A stretch of DNA of 63,025 nucleotides, taken from an uncultured Alphaproteobacteria bacterium. GTDB lineage: Bacteria > Pseudomonadota > Alphaproteobacteria > HIMB59 > GCA-002718135. The stretch is from positions 1 through 63,025 of the forward strand of contig CACLBK010000003.1 in NCBI GenBank assembly GCA_902605135.1. The letters are read 5' to 3'. A program made the position numbers and the translations under genes. The notes beneath the pieces were generated by a model. The model worked only from the letters and a program-made list of their open reading frames with translations, was not told where the DNA came from and searched no databases. Numbering within the stretch: position 1 is the first letter of the stretch; every line of letters starts with the position of its first letter. Of the stretch, positions 41,813 to 50,888 are shown piece by piece.

Positions 41813-42952
41813 GTGGGCACAATATCACTTAAAAATATTTCAAAGTCATTTGGATCTACGCAAGTATTAAACAATTTAAATGTTGATATACAAGATGGCG
41901 AATTTTTAACATTAGTTGGTCCATCTGGTTGTGGTAAATCTACGTTACTTCGAATCATTGCAGGATTAGAACAACAAACTTCAGGCGATGTATTAATTGA
42001 TAATAAGAATGTAAATAAAATTAGAGCCAGCGAGCGAGATCTTGCAATGGTATTTCAATCATACGCTTTATATCCACATTTAACGGTACGAAGAAATTTA
42101 GAAACACCTCTAAGACTGAGAGATTATAATGCTTTTGAACGCCTTCCTTTAATAGGGAATTTTTCTCCAAACAAAAAAAATAAAACTGAGTCTATCAATC
42201 AATTAGTTAATAAAACATCTGAAACACTTCAGATTTCTGAACTACTGGATAGAAAACCAGGACAATTATCAGGAGGCCAAAGACAAAGAGTAGCTCTTGG
42301 TCGCGCAATGGTAAGAGAACCTGTTGCATTCTTAATGGATGAACCGCTATCAAATTTAGATGCCGCTCTAAGAGTGCATATGCGATCTGAATTATCAGAA
42401 CTTCACAATTCACTTAAAACAACATTTGTTTATGTAACGCATGATCAAGCAGAAGCATTGACAATGTCTTCTCGTATGGCGGTAATGATTGATGGAAATT
42501 TATTACAACTAGATACACCTCAAGAAGTTTATGATAATCCTTCATCATTAAGTGTTGCGCAATTTGTTGGTAGTCCTAAAATAAATATTTTTAATGGATC
42601 TTCAGATTCTAGTGGAACTGTTAATTTTTTAAATGTTAACCTGAAAAGAAAAAGTTCTGAAAGTAATTCAGATTTACACATAGGAATTCGACCAGAACAT
42701 TTAGAAATTACTAATGATAAAGATGAAAACACATTTAGTGGCACTGTTGCTTACAGAGAAAATTTAGGATCAGATATATACTTCCATGTTAATATAGAAG
42801 ACAACTCAAAAAAAATAATTGTAAGAGGCTTACCTCAATTTACACATCAAATTACAAATGGTTCAAGTGTAAATATCAAGAGAGATTCAAATAAAGCATT
42901 GTTATTTAATCAAACAGGGATGAGGATTCATTTTAATAATGCAATGGGATAA
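41813..42952 (+). CDS. ABC transporter ATPase, CUT1 (UgpC/MalK-like), GTG start
   Basis: GPSGCGKST, VFQSYALYPH, LSGGQRQRVA, MDEPLSNLD, YVTHDQ. Confidence 0.93.
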   Translation: MGTISLKNISKSFGSTQVLNNLNVDIQDGEFLTLVGPSGCGKSTLLRIIAGLEQQTSGDVLIDNKNVNKIRASERDLAMVFQSYALYPHLTVRRNLETPLRLRDYNAFERLPLIGNFSPNKKNKTESINQLVNKTSETLQISELLDRKPGQLSGGQRQRVALGRAMVREPVAFLMDEPLSNLDAALRVHMRSELSELHNSLKTTFVYVTHDQAEALTMSSRMAVMIDGNLLQLDTPQEVYDNPSSLSVAQFVGSPKINIFNGSSDSSGTVNFLNVNLKRKSSESNSDLHIGIRPEHLEITNDKDENTFSGTVAYRENLGSDIYFHVNIEDNSKKIIVRGLPQFTHQITNGSSVNIKRDSNKALLFNQTGMRIHFNNAMG

Positions 42953-42967
42953 GGATAACATTTACTA

Positions 42968-43924
42968 ATGCATAATTCAAAAGCGCATCTATGGTTTATT
43001 GCCCCTGCAATAATACTCATGATAATTATTTTAATCTTTCCTCTTTTTCTTGCAGGTGGAATTTCCTTTACTGATTATAATCTAGGTAACAAAACATTCG
43101 AATGGATTGGGTTAGAGAACTATGACAAAATGTTTAACCGAAAAACTTATGTGAAAATGATTTGGGCGACAGCCACGTATGTAATTGTTGTGGTGCCTAT
43201 TTCAGTTATACTTGGTTTATGTGCAGCGATGCTCTTGAATTCTCTTCGATTTGGTGCTGACATATATAAAACTATTTTCTTTCTTCCTGTTATGGCGACA
43301 CTTCTGGCAATGGCTATTGCTTGGGAATTCACTCTTCACCCAACTCTTGGAATAGTAAATAGTTTTTTAGCTAATGGTTGTGGTGGTGCAAGAGAATTTA
43401 TTTTTGGTTTTCATTGGTTGCCGTGGGTAGATTCAGAACAAAGTTGGTATGCAGTGGCGTGTGCAAATAACATGGACTTTCCTTATTGGTTAAAACAAAA
43501 AAATACTGCCATTTGGACTGTGTGTTTTATTGGAATATGGCAAGCCTTTGGTTTCAATATGGTTTTATATTTAGCTGGATTAACAGGTATACCAAGAGAG
43601 TTATACCAAGCTGCAGAAATGGATGGGGCTAAATCAACATGGGAACAATTTAAACTTGTAACATGGCCAATGCTTGGTCCAACAACTTTATTTGTTGTAA
43701 CCATAACTACTATTAGAACCTTTCAAGTTTTTGATACAATTGAAATACTCACAAAAGGTGGTCCATCTAAAACAACCTACGTTATGATGTATGCAATTTT
43801 TGAAAAAGCTATTCAACAAAATTTAACAAGTATTGGTGCGGCTATCACAGTTGTATTCATTGGCTTTATATTGATATTAACTTTCTTCCAAAGATATATC
43901 ATTGAGAAAAGGGTTCATTATTAA
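42968..43924 (+). CDS. Carbohydrate-type ABC permease 1 (UgpA-like)
   Basis: ELYQAAEMDGA EAA loop, F.VFD.I..LT.GGP. Confidence 0.92.
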   Translation: MHNSKAHLWFIAPAIILMIIILIFPLFLAGGISFTDYNLGNKTFEWIGLENYDKMFNRKTYVKMIWATATYVIVVVPISVILGLCAAMLLNSLRFGADIYKTIFFLPVMATLLAMAIAWEFTLHPTLGIVNSFLANGCGGAREFIFGFHWLPWVDSEQSWYAVACANNMDFPYWLKQKNTAIWTVCFIGIWQAFGFNMVLYLAGLTGIPRELYQAAEMDGAKSTWEQFKLVTWPMLGPTTLFVVTITTIRTFQVFDTIEILTKGGPSKTTYVMMYAIFEKAIQQNLTSIGAAITVVFIGFILILTFFQRYIIEKRVHY

Positions 43925-44817
43925 TGGAAGCTAAACAGTATATTGGAGAAGGTTGGAAACATGCAATATTAATTGTTGGTGCAATTGTTGTGTTGTTGCC
44001 TTTTTATATGATGGTTTCAATGTCATTAAAATCTCAACAAGAAATTCAATCTATTTCTGGAGGTTTAATTGGTGCACAAGAAACTCAAACATTTCCCGTA
44101 TGTGTAAAAACTGGATACTCAGAAGAAGAATGCACAATGAAACCATATAAATACAACTATTGGTTTGCTTTCGAAAAGGCTCCTATTCCAAGATACTTGA
44201 TGAATGGTGTTATCGTTACTTTATCAATTTTTATTATTCAGGTTCTTGTCGCCTTACCGTGTGCTTACGCACTGGCCAAACTTAGATTTTATGGACGAGA
44301 ATTTGTTTTCTCGATGGTTCTATTTTGTTTACTCATTCCAGTGCATGGTATTGCACTTCCGCTTTATGTCATGCTTGCTCAGGCAGGTTTGGTCGATACC
44401 TATTCTGCCTTAATACTCCCCTGGACAATATCGGTATTTGGAATCTTTTTAATGCGGCAATTTTTTATGACAGTCCCAGATGAATTAATTGATGCCGCCA
44501 GAATGGATGGAATGGGAGAGTATGCTATCGTCTGGAAAGTAATGCTTCCAACTGCGATACCAGCGTTGCTTGCCTTTGCAATATTCTCCGTAGTTGCACA
44601 CTGGAATGATTATTTCTGGCCTCGTATGGTAATAACAGGAAATAGAGATCTCTTTACACCACCTCTTGGTATCAGAGAATTTAGAGGAGGAATTGATAGT
44701 GATGAATTTGGTCCAATGATGGCTTCAATTGTTACAGTTACAGTGCCTCTCATTGTTGCTTTTATAATTGCGCAAAAAAGATTTATTGAAGGAATTACTT
44801 TAACAGGAATGAAGTAA
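43924..44817 (+). CDS. Carbohydrate-type ABC permease 2 (UgpE-like)
   Basis: ELIDAARMDG, WNDYFWP, Q.RFIEGI. Confidence 0.92.
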   Translation: MEAKQYIGEGWKHAILIVGAIVVLLPFYMMVSMSLKSQQEIQSISGGLIGAQETQTFPVCVKTGYSEEECTMKPYKYNYWFAFEKAPIPRYLMNGVIVTLSIFIIQVLVALPCAYALAKLRFYGREFVFSMVLFCLLIPVHGIALPLYVMLAQAGLVDTYSALILPWTISVFGIFLMRQFFMTVPDELIDAARMDGMGEYAIVWKVMLPTAIPALLAFAIFSVVAHWNDYFWPRMVITGNRDLFTPPLGIREFRGGIDSDEFGPMMASIVTVTVPLIVAFIIAQKRFIEGITLTGMK

Positions 44818-44826
44818 GATAGTCTT

Positions 44827-45669
44827 TTGTCTATCAATTTTATTTTTCTTTTAATTATTTTATCTGCACTGTGTCACGCTATTTGGAGTGCCATAATTAA
44901 ATCAAGTAAAAACCCCTTATCACTAATGGGAATTACTTCTATCTTAGAAGTAGTTATTTTTTTACCATTAACATTTACCGTTCCTTTTCCTAAAATAGAA
45001 GTCTGGTACTTTTTAATTGCAACTGTAATTATTCATGTCTTTTACAGACTAAATGTTATCTACTCTTACAGATATGGGGATCTATCCTACATCTATCCAA
45101 TCTCTAGAGGAAGTTCATGTTTATTTGTTGCTATCATTAGTATTTTGTTTTTAAGTTCTAATATTAGTGTTGCTGGCTTTGTTGGAATATTGATTGTTTG
45201 TATTGGTTTATTTTTAATATCGTATTCGAAAAATTTATCTTTTAACTTTAGAGGTTTTTCACTTGCGATTTCAACTGCTATTTTAATTACTGCATATACT
45301 TTAGTTGACGGAGTTGGGGTTAGGCTTTCGGAAAACGGTTTTTCATATATTTATTGGCTCTTCACTCTAAATGGTATTCCTTTATTAGTTATAGGTTTAA
45401 TTTCTAAGAATGGATTGCGAAAAACAGAAACGTATAGTTATAGCTCTGGTATAACAGCAGGTATATTTGCAACAAGCAGTTATGCGATTGTTGTTTGGAG
45501 TATGCAGTTTATAGAAATAGCATATGTCTCAAGTATCAGAGAAATCAGTATTGTTTTTGCTGCAATAATTGGAATGGTTTTCTTGTTTGAGAAGAATGCG
45601 AAATCTCGAATAATACCTTCTATTTTAATAGTGAGTGGTATTTCAGTGGTTTATTTTCAAATTCTTTAG
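44827..45669 (+). CDS. DMT/EamA family transporter
   Basis: HA.W, GDLS..YPI.RG, YTLVDG.G, RE.S.VF; about 10 TM segments. Confidence 0.85.
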   Translation: MSINFIFLLIILSALCHAIWSAIIKSSKNPLSLMGITSILEVVIFLPLTFTVPFPKIEVWYFLIATVIIHVFYRLNVIYSYRYGDLSYIYPISRGSSCLFVAIISILFLSSNISVAGFVGILIVCIGLFLISYSKNLSFNFRGFSLAISTAILITAYTLVDGVGVRLSENGFSYIYWLFTLNGIPLLVIGLISKNGLRKTETYSYSSGITAGIFATSSYAIVVWSMQFIEIAYVSSIREISIVFAAIIGMVFLFEKNAKSRIIPSILIVSGISVVYFQIL

Positions 45670-45713
45670 TTAAAAAATATAGACATTTTGGGTTAAAATT
45701 TTATATGAGTTTT

Positions 45714-45875
45714 ATGGCAGATTATATTGTTGAGGTTGATCCTAAAACTGAAACTATCTCTTGCGATGGGGGTGAAGATGGTTTAGGACATCCCGCAGTT
45801 TATTATACCTTCAATAATGAGAACAAAATTGTGTGTGGTTATTGTGGTAAAATATTTATAAGAAAAGAAGAGTAA
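45714..45875 (+). CDS. Small zf-CHCC zinc-finger protein (missing from the ORF track)
   Basis: Manual translation MADYIVEVDPKTETISCDGGEDGLGHPAVYYTFNNENKIVCGYCGKIFIRKEE* with CDGG...GHP.VY...C.YC; alternative ATG at 45705. Confidence 0.88.
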   Translation: MADYIVEVDPKTETISCDGGEDGLGHPAVYYTFNNENKIVCGYCGKIFIRKEE

Positions 45876-45877
45876 AA

Positions 45878-46231
45878 ATGTATAAAGAATCCTGGGGTTC
45901 AAAGAGAATTTGTCCAATGTGCAGTAAGCAATACTATGATTTGGGAAGAACTGAGCTTGAATGTCCTGAGTGTGGTAAATTAATTGAAGTTACTACATTA
46001 ACAAGACCAAGACGAGGAAGAAAACCAGGAAGTACAAACGCAGCACCTTTAACAAATCCTATTCCTTCAAAACCAAAAGAAAAAGATGATGATCTTAATA
46101 TTGATAGTTTAGATGTAGATAATGATGAAGATAATCTTGAGGATGATACAGTTTTATTAGAAGACGAAACAGAAATAGATCCAGTGGCCGAAGGTATTAA
46201 GCCTAAAGATGACGGCGAAGAAGAATACTAA
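45878..46231 (+). CDS. FYDLN-acid domain protein (TIGR02300-like)
   Basis: WG.KR.CP.C...YYDL.....CP.CG followed by an acidic tail. Confidence 0.85.
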   Translation: MYKESWGSKRICPMCSKQYYDLGRTELECPECGKLIEVTTLTRPRRGRKPGSTNAAPLTNPIPSKPKEKDDDLNIDSLDVDNDEDNLEDDTVLLEDETEIDPVAEGIKPKDDGEEEY

Positions 46232-46254
46232 TATTTTTCAGTAAAATTTACAAA

Positions 46255-47493
46255 ATGTTTAAGGTACTACAAAACACTTGGGCCCTTTTTTTTGGGTTCG
46301 CTTTGATTAGTCTTGGTCACGGGTTACAAGGAACATTAATTGGAGTGCGTTCGGTTCTTGAGGGTTTTAGTTTTGTATCTTCTGGGCTAATCATAGCAGG
46401 ATATTATGTTGGTTACTTAACAGGTGCTTTAACTATTCCAACATTATTAAGAAGAGTTGGACATATAAGAGTGTTTGCTGCTTTGGCATCTCTTGCTTCC
46501 ATTGCTATATTATTACACTCAGTATTTGTTCATCCCTATTCATGGATGTTTATTCGTATTTTAACAGGTATGAGTCTTGCCGGTATATATGTAATAATGG
46601 AAAGTTGGTTAAATGAAAAATCAACTAACGAAACTCGTGGTCAATTACTTTCTATATATATGATTTTTACGTTTGTATTTGTTGGAGCTGGTCAGTTTTT
46701 ATTAAACTTAAGTGATCCAGCTAAAGTTGATTTATTTATTTTGGTATCAATTTTATTATCATTTGCGTTACTACCAATTTTATTATCTAGAACAGATCAA
46801 CCAAATACAGAGAGTCCAAAATATTTTTCTTTAAAAGAGTTTTATAACGTTTCTCCTTTAGGCTTTGTTGGTGCTTTAGCAACTGGATTATCTCACAGCG
46901 CAGTGTTTGGTTATGGTGCAATCTACGCTTCTTCTATTAATCTTAGTTTGTTTGAAATATCCTTGTACATGACAATCATAACTTCTGCTGGAGCGTTGTC
47001 TCAATGGCCGATTGGTTATTTATCAGATAGATTAGATAGGCGTATTATCTTAATTGGTGTTTCCTTTATGGCATCTGGTTTAAGTTTATTCTTTGTTTTT
47101 GTAAACTTTATACCACTTACTTTATTTTTCATTATTACCTTCTTTTTCTCCATAGCTTGTTTGCCAATGTATTCTTTAGCCGTAGCGCACACAAATGATT
47201 TTCTTCAACCAAATGAAATAGTATCAGCGAGTGCTACTTTTGGAATACTTATAGGAATTGGATCAATTATGGGCCCATTACTTGTTTCAGGTTTTATGGA
47301 AATTATAGGAGCAGCTGGATTTTATATTTATTTGTTTTTAATACACGGACTACTTGGTCTTTTTGGTTTGTATAGAATGACACAAAGAACGAAACCTCGA
47401 GATTTAGAATCTTTGTACAATCCTTTGCCTCGAAATATTACACCAGCTGGAATGGAAATGAATCCTGTTACCGAGCCAACAGAGGGCGAGTAA
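46255..47493 (+). CDS. MFS transporter (YcaD-like)
   Basis: RVGHIRVFAA, ESWLN......RG, QWP.G.LSDR.DRR. Confidence 0.9.
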   Translation: MFKVLQNTWALFFGFALISLGHGLQGTLIGVRSVLEGFSFVSSGLIIAGYYVGYLTGALTIPTLLRRVGHIRVFAALASLASIAILLHSVFVHPYSWMFIRILTGMSLAGIYVIMESWLNEKSTNETRGQLLSIYMIFTFVFVGAGQFLLNLSDPAKVDLFILVSILLSFALLPILLSRTDQPNTESPKYFSLKEFYNVSPLGFVGALATGLSHSAVFGYGAIYASSINLSLFEISLYMTIITSAGALSQWPIGYLSDRLDRRIILIGVSFMASGLSLFFVFVNFIPLTLFFIITFFFSIACLPMYSLAVAHTNDFLQPNEIVSASATFGILIGIGSIMGPLLVSGFMEIIGAAGFYIYLFLIHGLLGLFGLYRMTQRTKPRDLESLYNPLPRNITPAGMEMNPVTEPTEGE

Positions 47494-48073
47494 GTTTTTT
47501 AAATATTCTGTGAAGTAACAACAGCAAAATTATTCCCATATAAATAACTGGTTCTGTTTTATCTGCACGCACTAAAACATAAAAATGTAAACTGGCTAAA
47601 ATAGCAACTGGATAAATTAAATAATGAATTTTCTTCCATAATTTAAAACCCAGTTTTTTAATCATTTTATTTGTTGATGTGCTTGCTAGTGGAATCAAGA
47701 ATAGAAAACTAATAAATCCAAAAGTAATAAAAGGTCTTTTAATAATATCTTGGATAATGAATTGCATATCTAAAAAATGATCTAAAACAATATACGTAGA
47801 GAAATGTAAACAAACATAATAGAAAGCAAAAAGACCAATCATTCTTCTTAAAATAACTATCGATTTTATTGCCTTAATATTTGATAAAGTAGTAATCATA
47901 AGCGTTACTATTATTAATCTAAGAGCCATAAGACCCAACTCATCCATTAATTTTTCAATTGGATTAACACCAAGATTGCCAATAACAAATTGATATGCCC
48001 ATAGCAAACTTGGAAATAAAATTAATATAAATAAGATTGGTTTACTTTTGTTAAAATTTTTTGTTGAAAACAT
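47468..48073 (-). CDS. msrQ: Heme-binding membrane subunit MsrQ (YedZ)
   Basis: RRMIGL.AF.Y...H, KRPFIT.G, W..IH..IY, LH; downstream of msrP. Confidence 0.93.
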   Translation of the reverse strand: MFSTKNFNKSKPILFILILFPSLLWAYQFVIGNLGVNPIEKLMDELGLMALRLIIVTLMITTLSNIKAIKSIVILRRMIGLFAFYYVCLHFSTYIVLDHFLDMQFIIQDIIKRPFITFGFISFLFLIPLASTSTNKMIKKLGFKLWKKIHYLIYPVAILASLHFYVLVRADKTEPVIYMGIILLLLLHRIFKKLTRPLLAR

Positions 48074-48076
48074 TCA

Positions 48077-48994
48077 TTAATAAAATTTAGTTAAATCTAA
48101 GTCTTTATAGAGATGTGCAACTTCTTTTTCATAACCATTAAACATTAGTGTTTCTCTTCTTTTAAACTCTCCAATTCGTCTCTCTGTTCCTTGACTCCAT
48201 CTTGGATGGTTAACAGTAGGATTAACGTTCGCATAAAAACCATATTCCCAAGGAGCTAAGGTTTCCCAAGATGTTTCAGGTTGTTGGTCTAAAAATCTTA
48301 TTTCAACAATTGATTTAATTGATTTAAATCCATATTTCCAAGGAACTACAAGTCTCATTGGGGCACCATTTTGATTTGGCATTTCATGGCCATATAAACC
48401 AGTTGCTAAAATTGTTAATGGATTCATTGCTTCATCCATTCTAAGTCCTTCTCTATAAGGCCAATTTATTGTTCGTTTCTTTTGTCCTGGCATTTCTTCT
48501 GGTCTAAAGACAGTGACGAATTGGATGTACTTTGCTGAACTTAAAGGTTCAGCCATTTTGATAAGCTCAGATAATTGAAATCCTTGCCAAGGAATAACCA
48601 TGGACCAAGCTTCAACACACCTCAGTCTATAAACTCTATCTTCAATTGTAACTTTTGATAAAATTTTTTCTAAGTCAATTGTCATAGGTTTTTTTACAAG
48701 ACCATCTATTTTTACTGACCAAGGCTTTGGTTTAAAATCACCAGAATTTAAATGCGGATGTTTTTTGTGAGTACCAAATTCATAGAAATTATTATACGTT
48801 GTAATTTCTTCATAAGAATTAACTTTATCATTCTCATTCATAAATTGATTATAAGTTGAAGGATCAGTATTATGGTTTGCTAAAACCGAACTTGATACTG
48901 TTGCTAGTAGAGCACTAGCAAATGATCCTTCAATAAACTTGCGTCTATTTAGGTAGGTTTTATAAGGTGTAATTTCAGATCCTAAAATTTTCAT
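48077..48994 (-). CDS. msrP: Periplasmic molybdoenzyme methionine sulfoxide reductase MsrP (YedY)
   Basis: Tat motif NRRKFI, YNNFYEFG, YRLRCVEAWS, PWKYGFKSIKSI, HPRWSQ. Confidence 0.96.
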   Translation of the reverse strand: MKILGSEITPYKTYLNRRKFIEGSFASALLATVSSSVLANHNTDPSTYNQFMNENDKVNSYEEITTYNNFYEFGTHKKHPHLNSGDFKPKPWSVKIDGLVKKPMTIDLEKILSKVTIEDRVYRLRCVEAWSMVIPWQGFQLSELIKMAEPLSSAKYIQFVTVFRPEEMPGQKKRTINWPYREGLRMDEAMNPLTILATGLYGHEMPNQNGAPMRLVVPWKYGFKSIKSIVEIRFLDQQPETSWETLAPWEYGFYANVNPTVNHPRWSQGTERRIGEFKRRETLMFNGYEKEVAHLYKDLDLTKFY

Positions 48995-49080
48995 AATTTA
49001 AATATATATTAATAAATTTAAAATTGTAGCTATGATAAGAACATCTTTATCAAATCCATATAAATTGCTAGGGTAAATCT

Positions 49081-50871
49081 ATGAAAAAATTACTACTCTT
49101 AATAATAAGTATAGTCTTACTTTCCTTACCCATCAAAATATCATTTGCTGAACAAGTACATGGTATTTCAATGCATGGCACACCAAAGTATGCCAGTGAT
49201 TTTGAAAATTTGGATTATGTAAATCCTGATGCACCAAAAGGTGGCACAGTTAAATTTGGATCATATGGATCTTTTGATAATCTTAATAGAGTAGCTTTCA
49301 AAGGGTCAAAAGCGGCAGGACTAGGGTATGTTAATGACACACTAATGAGAAGAGTTTGGGATGAAGCATTCTCTCTTTATGGTTTAATTGCCGAAACAGT
49401 TGAGTTACCTGAGGATAGATCATTTATAACATTTTATTTGAACCCAAATGCTACCTTTCATGATGGATCACCAATTACAAGAGATGATGTATTATTTAGT
49501 TTAGAAACTTTTCAAACAAAAGGCACACCTAATCAGAAAAAGACTTATGGAAAAGTAGTTCAAACTGAAATGGTTGGAAACAACGGAATTAAAATGATTT
49601 TTGAAAATAATGAAGATAAAGAACTTCCACTCATCATTGCAGGTTTCCTGCCTATTATTCCAAAAAAGTTTTATGAAAACTTAGATGTAACAAAAACTTT
49701 TTTAGATATTCCTCTTGGAAGTGGTCCCTATCAAATTGATAGTCTCGATCCAGGGCGACAAATTAAATACAAACGCGTAGAAAATTACTGGGCTAAAGAT
49801 TTGCCAGTAAACAAAGGTCTCTATAACTTCGATGCTATTATTTATGATTATTATAAGGACTCTAATGTTTTGGTTGAAGCGTTTAAGGTTGGTGAATATG
49901 ACTTCAGAAGAGAGTACAATGTTAAGCGTTGGTTAACAGAATATGATTTTAAGGCAGTTAATTCTGGAGAGGTAATCCTTGAAGAAATGAATAATGATAG
50001 ACCAGTTGGAATGAATGGTCTTGTCATGAATACTAGACGGGACATATTTAATAATAGAAACGTGCGCCTAGCACTCAGTTATGCTTATGATCATGAGTGG
50101 ATTAATAAAACAATTTATCAAAATGCCTATGTAAGGACGGATAGTTTTTTTGATAATTCACCTTTAGCTTCCTCCGGTTTACCTTCAAAAGAAGAATTAG
50201 AATTATTAGATGTGTGGAAAGATCAAATTCCATCAGAAGTATTTACAGAAACATTTACTCCCCCAACAACTGATGGAAGTGGAAATGATCGTAAAAATTT
50301 ATTGAGAGCAAAAGAGATACTAGAAAAAGAAGGATGGATAGTTGAAAATGGAAAGCTATTCAAAGATGGGCAAGAATTTAAATTTGAATTTTTAATTGTC
50401 AGTCCTTCAGATGAAAAAATAGCTTTAGCATATCAAAGTAACTTAAAAAAACTTGGCATTACTATGGATGTTAGAACAGTTGATTCCTCACAATATCAAG
50501 AACGTCTTTTAAGTTATGATTTTGATATGATTAAGAGATATTGGGGAGTGAGTCTAAGCCCTGGAAATGAACAACAATTTTATTGGGGCTCTGAAGTAGG
50601 AAAAAAAGATGGGAGTAGAAATTATCCTGGAATTGATAGTCCCGCAGTTGATGCATTAATTGAAAAACTAATAAATGCCTCAAATAGACAGGAGCTAACT
50701 ACTGCAATTCACGCTCTTGATAGAGTTTTATTGTGGGGTCACTATGTTGTTCCACTCTATCATAGTAACAAAGATCGAATTGCTTATTGGGATTTTTTTG
50801 AGTATCCCGATGAAATTCCACTTTACGGGATAGTAATTGAATCTTGGTGGATTAATAAAGATAAACAATAA
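49081..50871 (+). CDS. Family 5 peptide ABC substrate-binding protein, YejA-like
   Basis: HGISMHG.PKY...F...DYVNPDAPKGG, YGLIAE, PLGSGPY, ALDRVL. Confidence 0.88.
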   Translation: MKKLLLLIISIVLLSLPIKISFAEQVHGISMHGTPKYASDFENLDYVNPDAPKGGTVKFGSYGSFDNLNRVAFKGSKAAGLGYVNDTLMRRVWDEAFSLYGLIAETVELPEDRSFITFYLNPNATFHDGSPITRDDVLFSLETFQTKGTPNQKKTYGKVVQTEMVGNNGIKMIFENNEDKELPLIIAGFLPIIPKKFYENLDVTKTFLDIPLGSGPYQIDSLDPGRQIKYKRVENYWAKDLPVNKGLYNFDAIIYDYYKDSNVLVEAFKVGEYDFRREYNVKRWLTEYDFKAVNSGEVILEEMNNDRPVGMNGLVMNTRRDIFNNRNVRLALSYAYDHEWINKTIYQNAYVRTDSFFDNSPLASSGLPSKEELELLDVWKDQIPSEVFTETFTPPTTDGSGNDRKNLLRAKEILEKEGWIVENGKLFKDGQEFKFEFLIVSPSDEKIALAYQSNLKKLGITMDVRTVDSSQYQERLLSYDFDMIKRYWGVSLSPGNEQQFYWGSEVGKKDGSRNYPGIDSPAVDALIEKLINASNRQELTTAIHALDRVLLWGHYVVPLYHSNKDRIAYWDFFEYPDEIPLYGIVIESWWINKDKQ

Positions 50872-50888
50872 ATTTACATACATTTTCT

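Noticed and set aside
46232-46254. tRNA often found next to FYDLN genes
   Set aside because: The gap is only 23 nt, and I saw no tRNA-like sequence here or elsewhere in the window.
49033-49052. TGATAA-N8-TTATCA palindrome between msrP and the YejA-like gene
   Set aside because: It is a short AT-rich palindrome seen once and cannot be assigned to a regulator.
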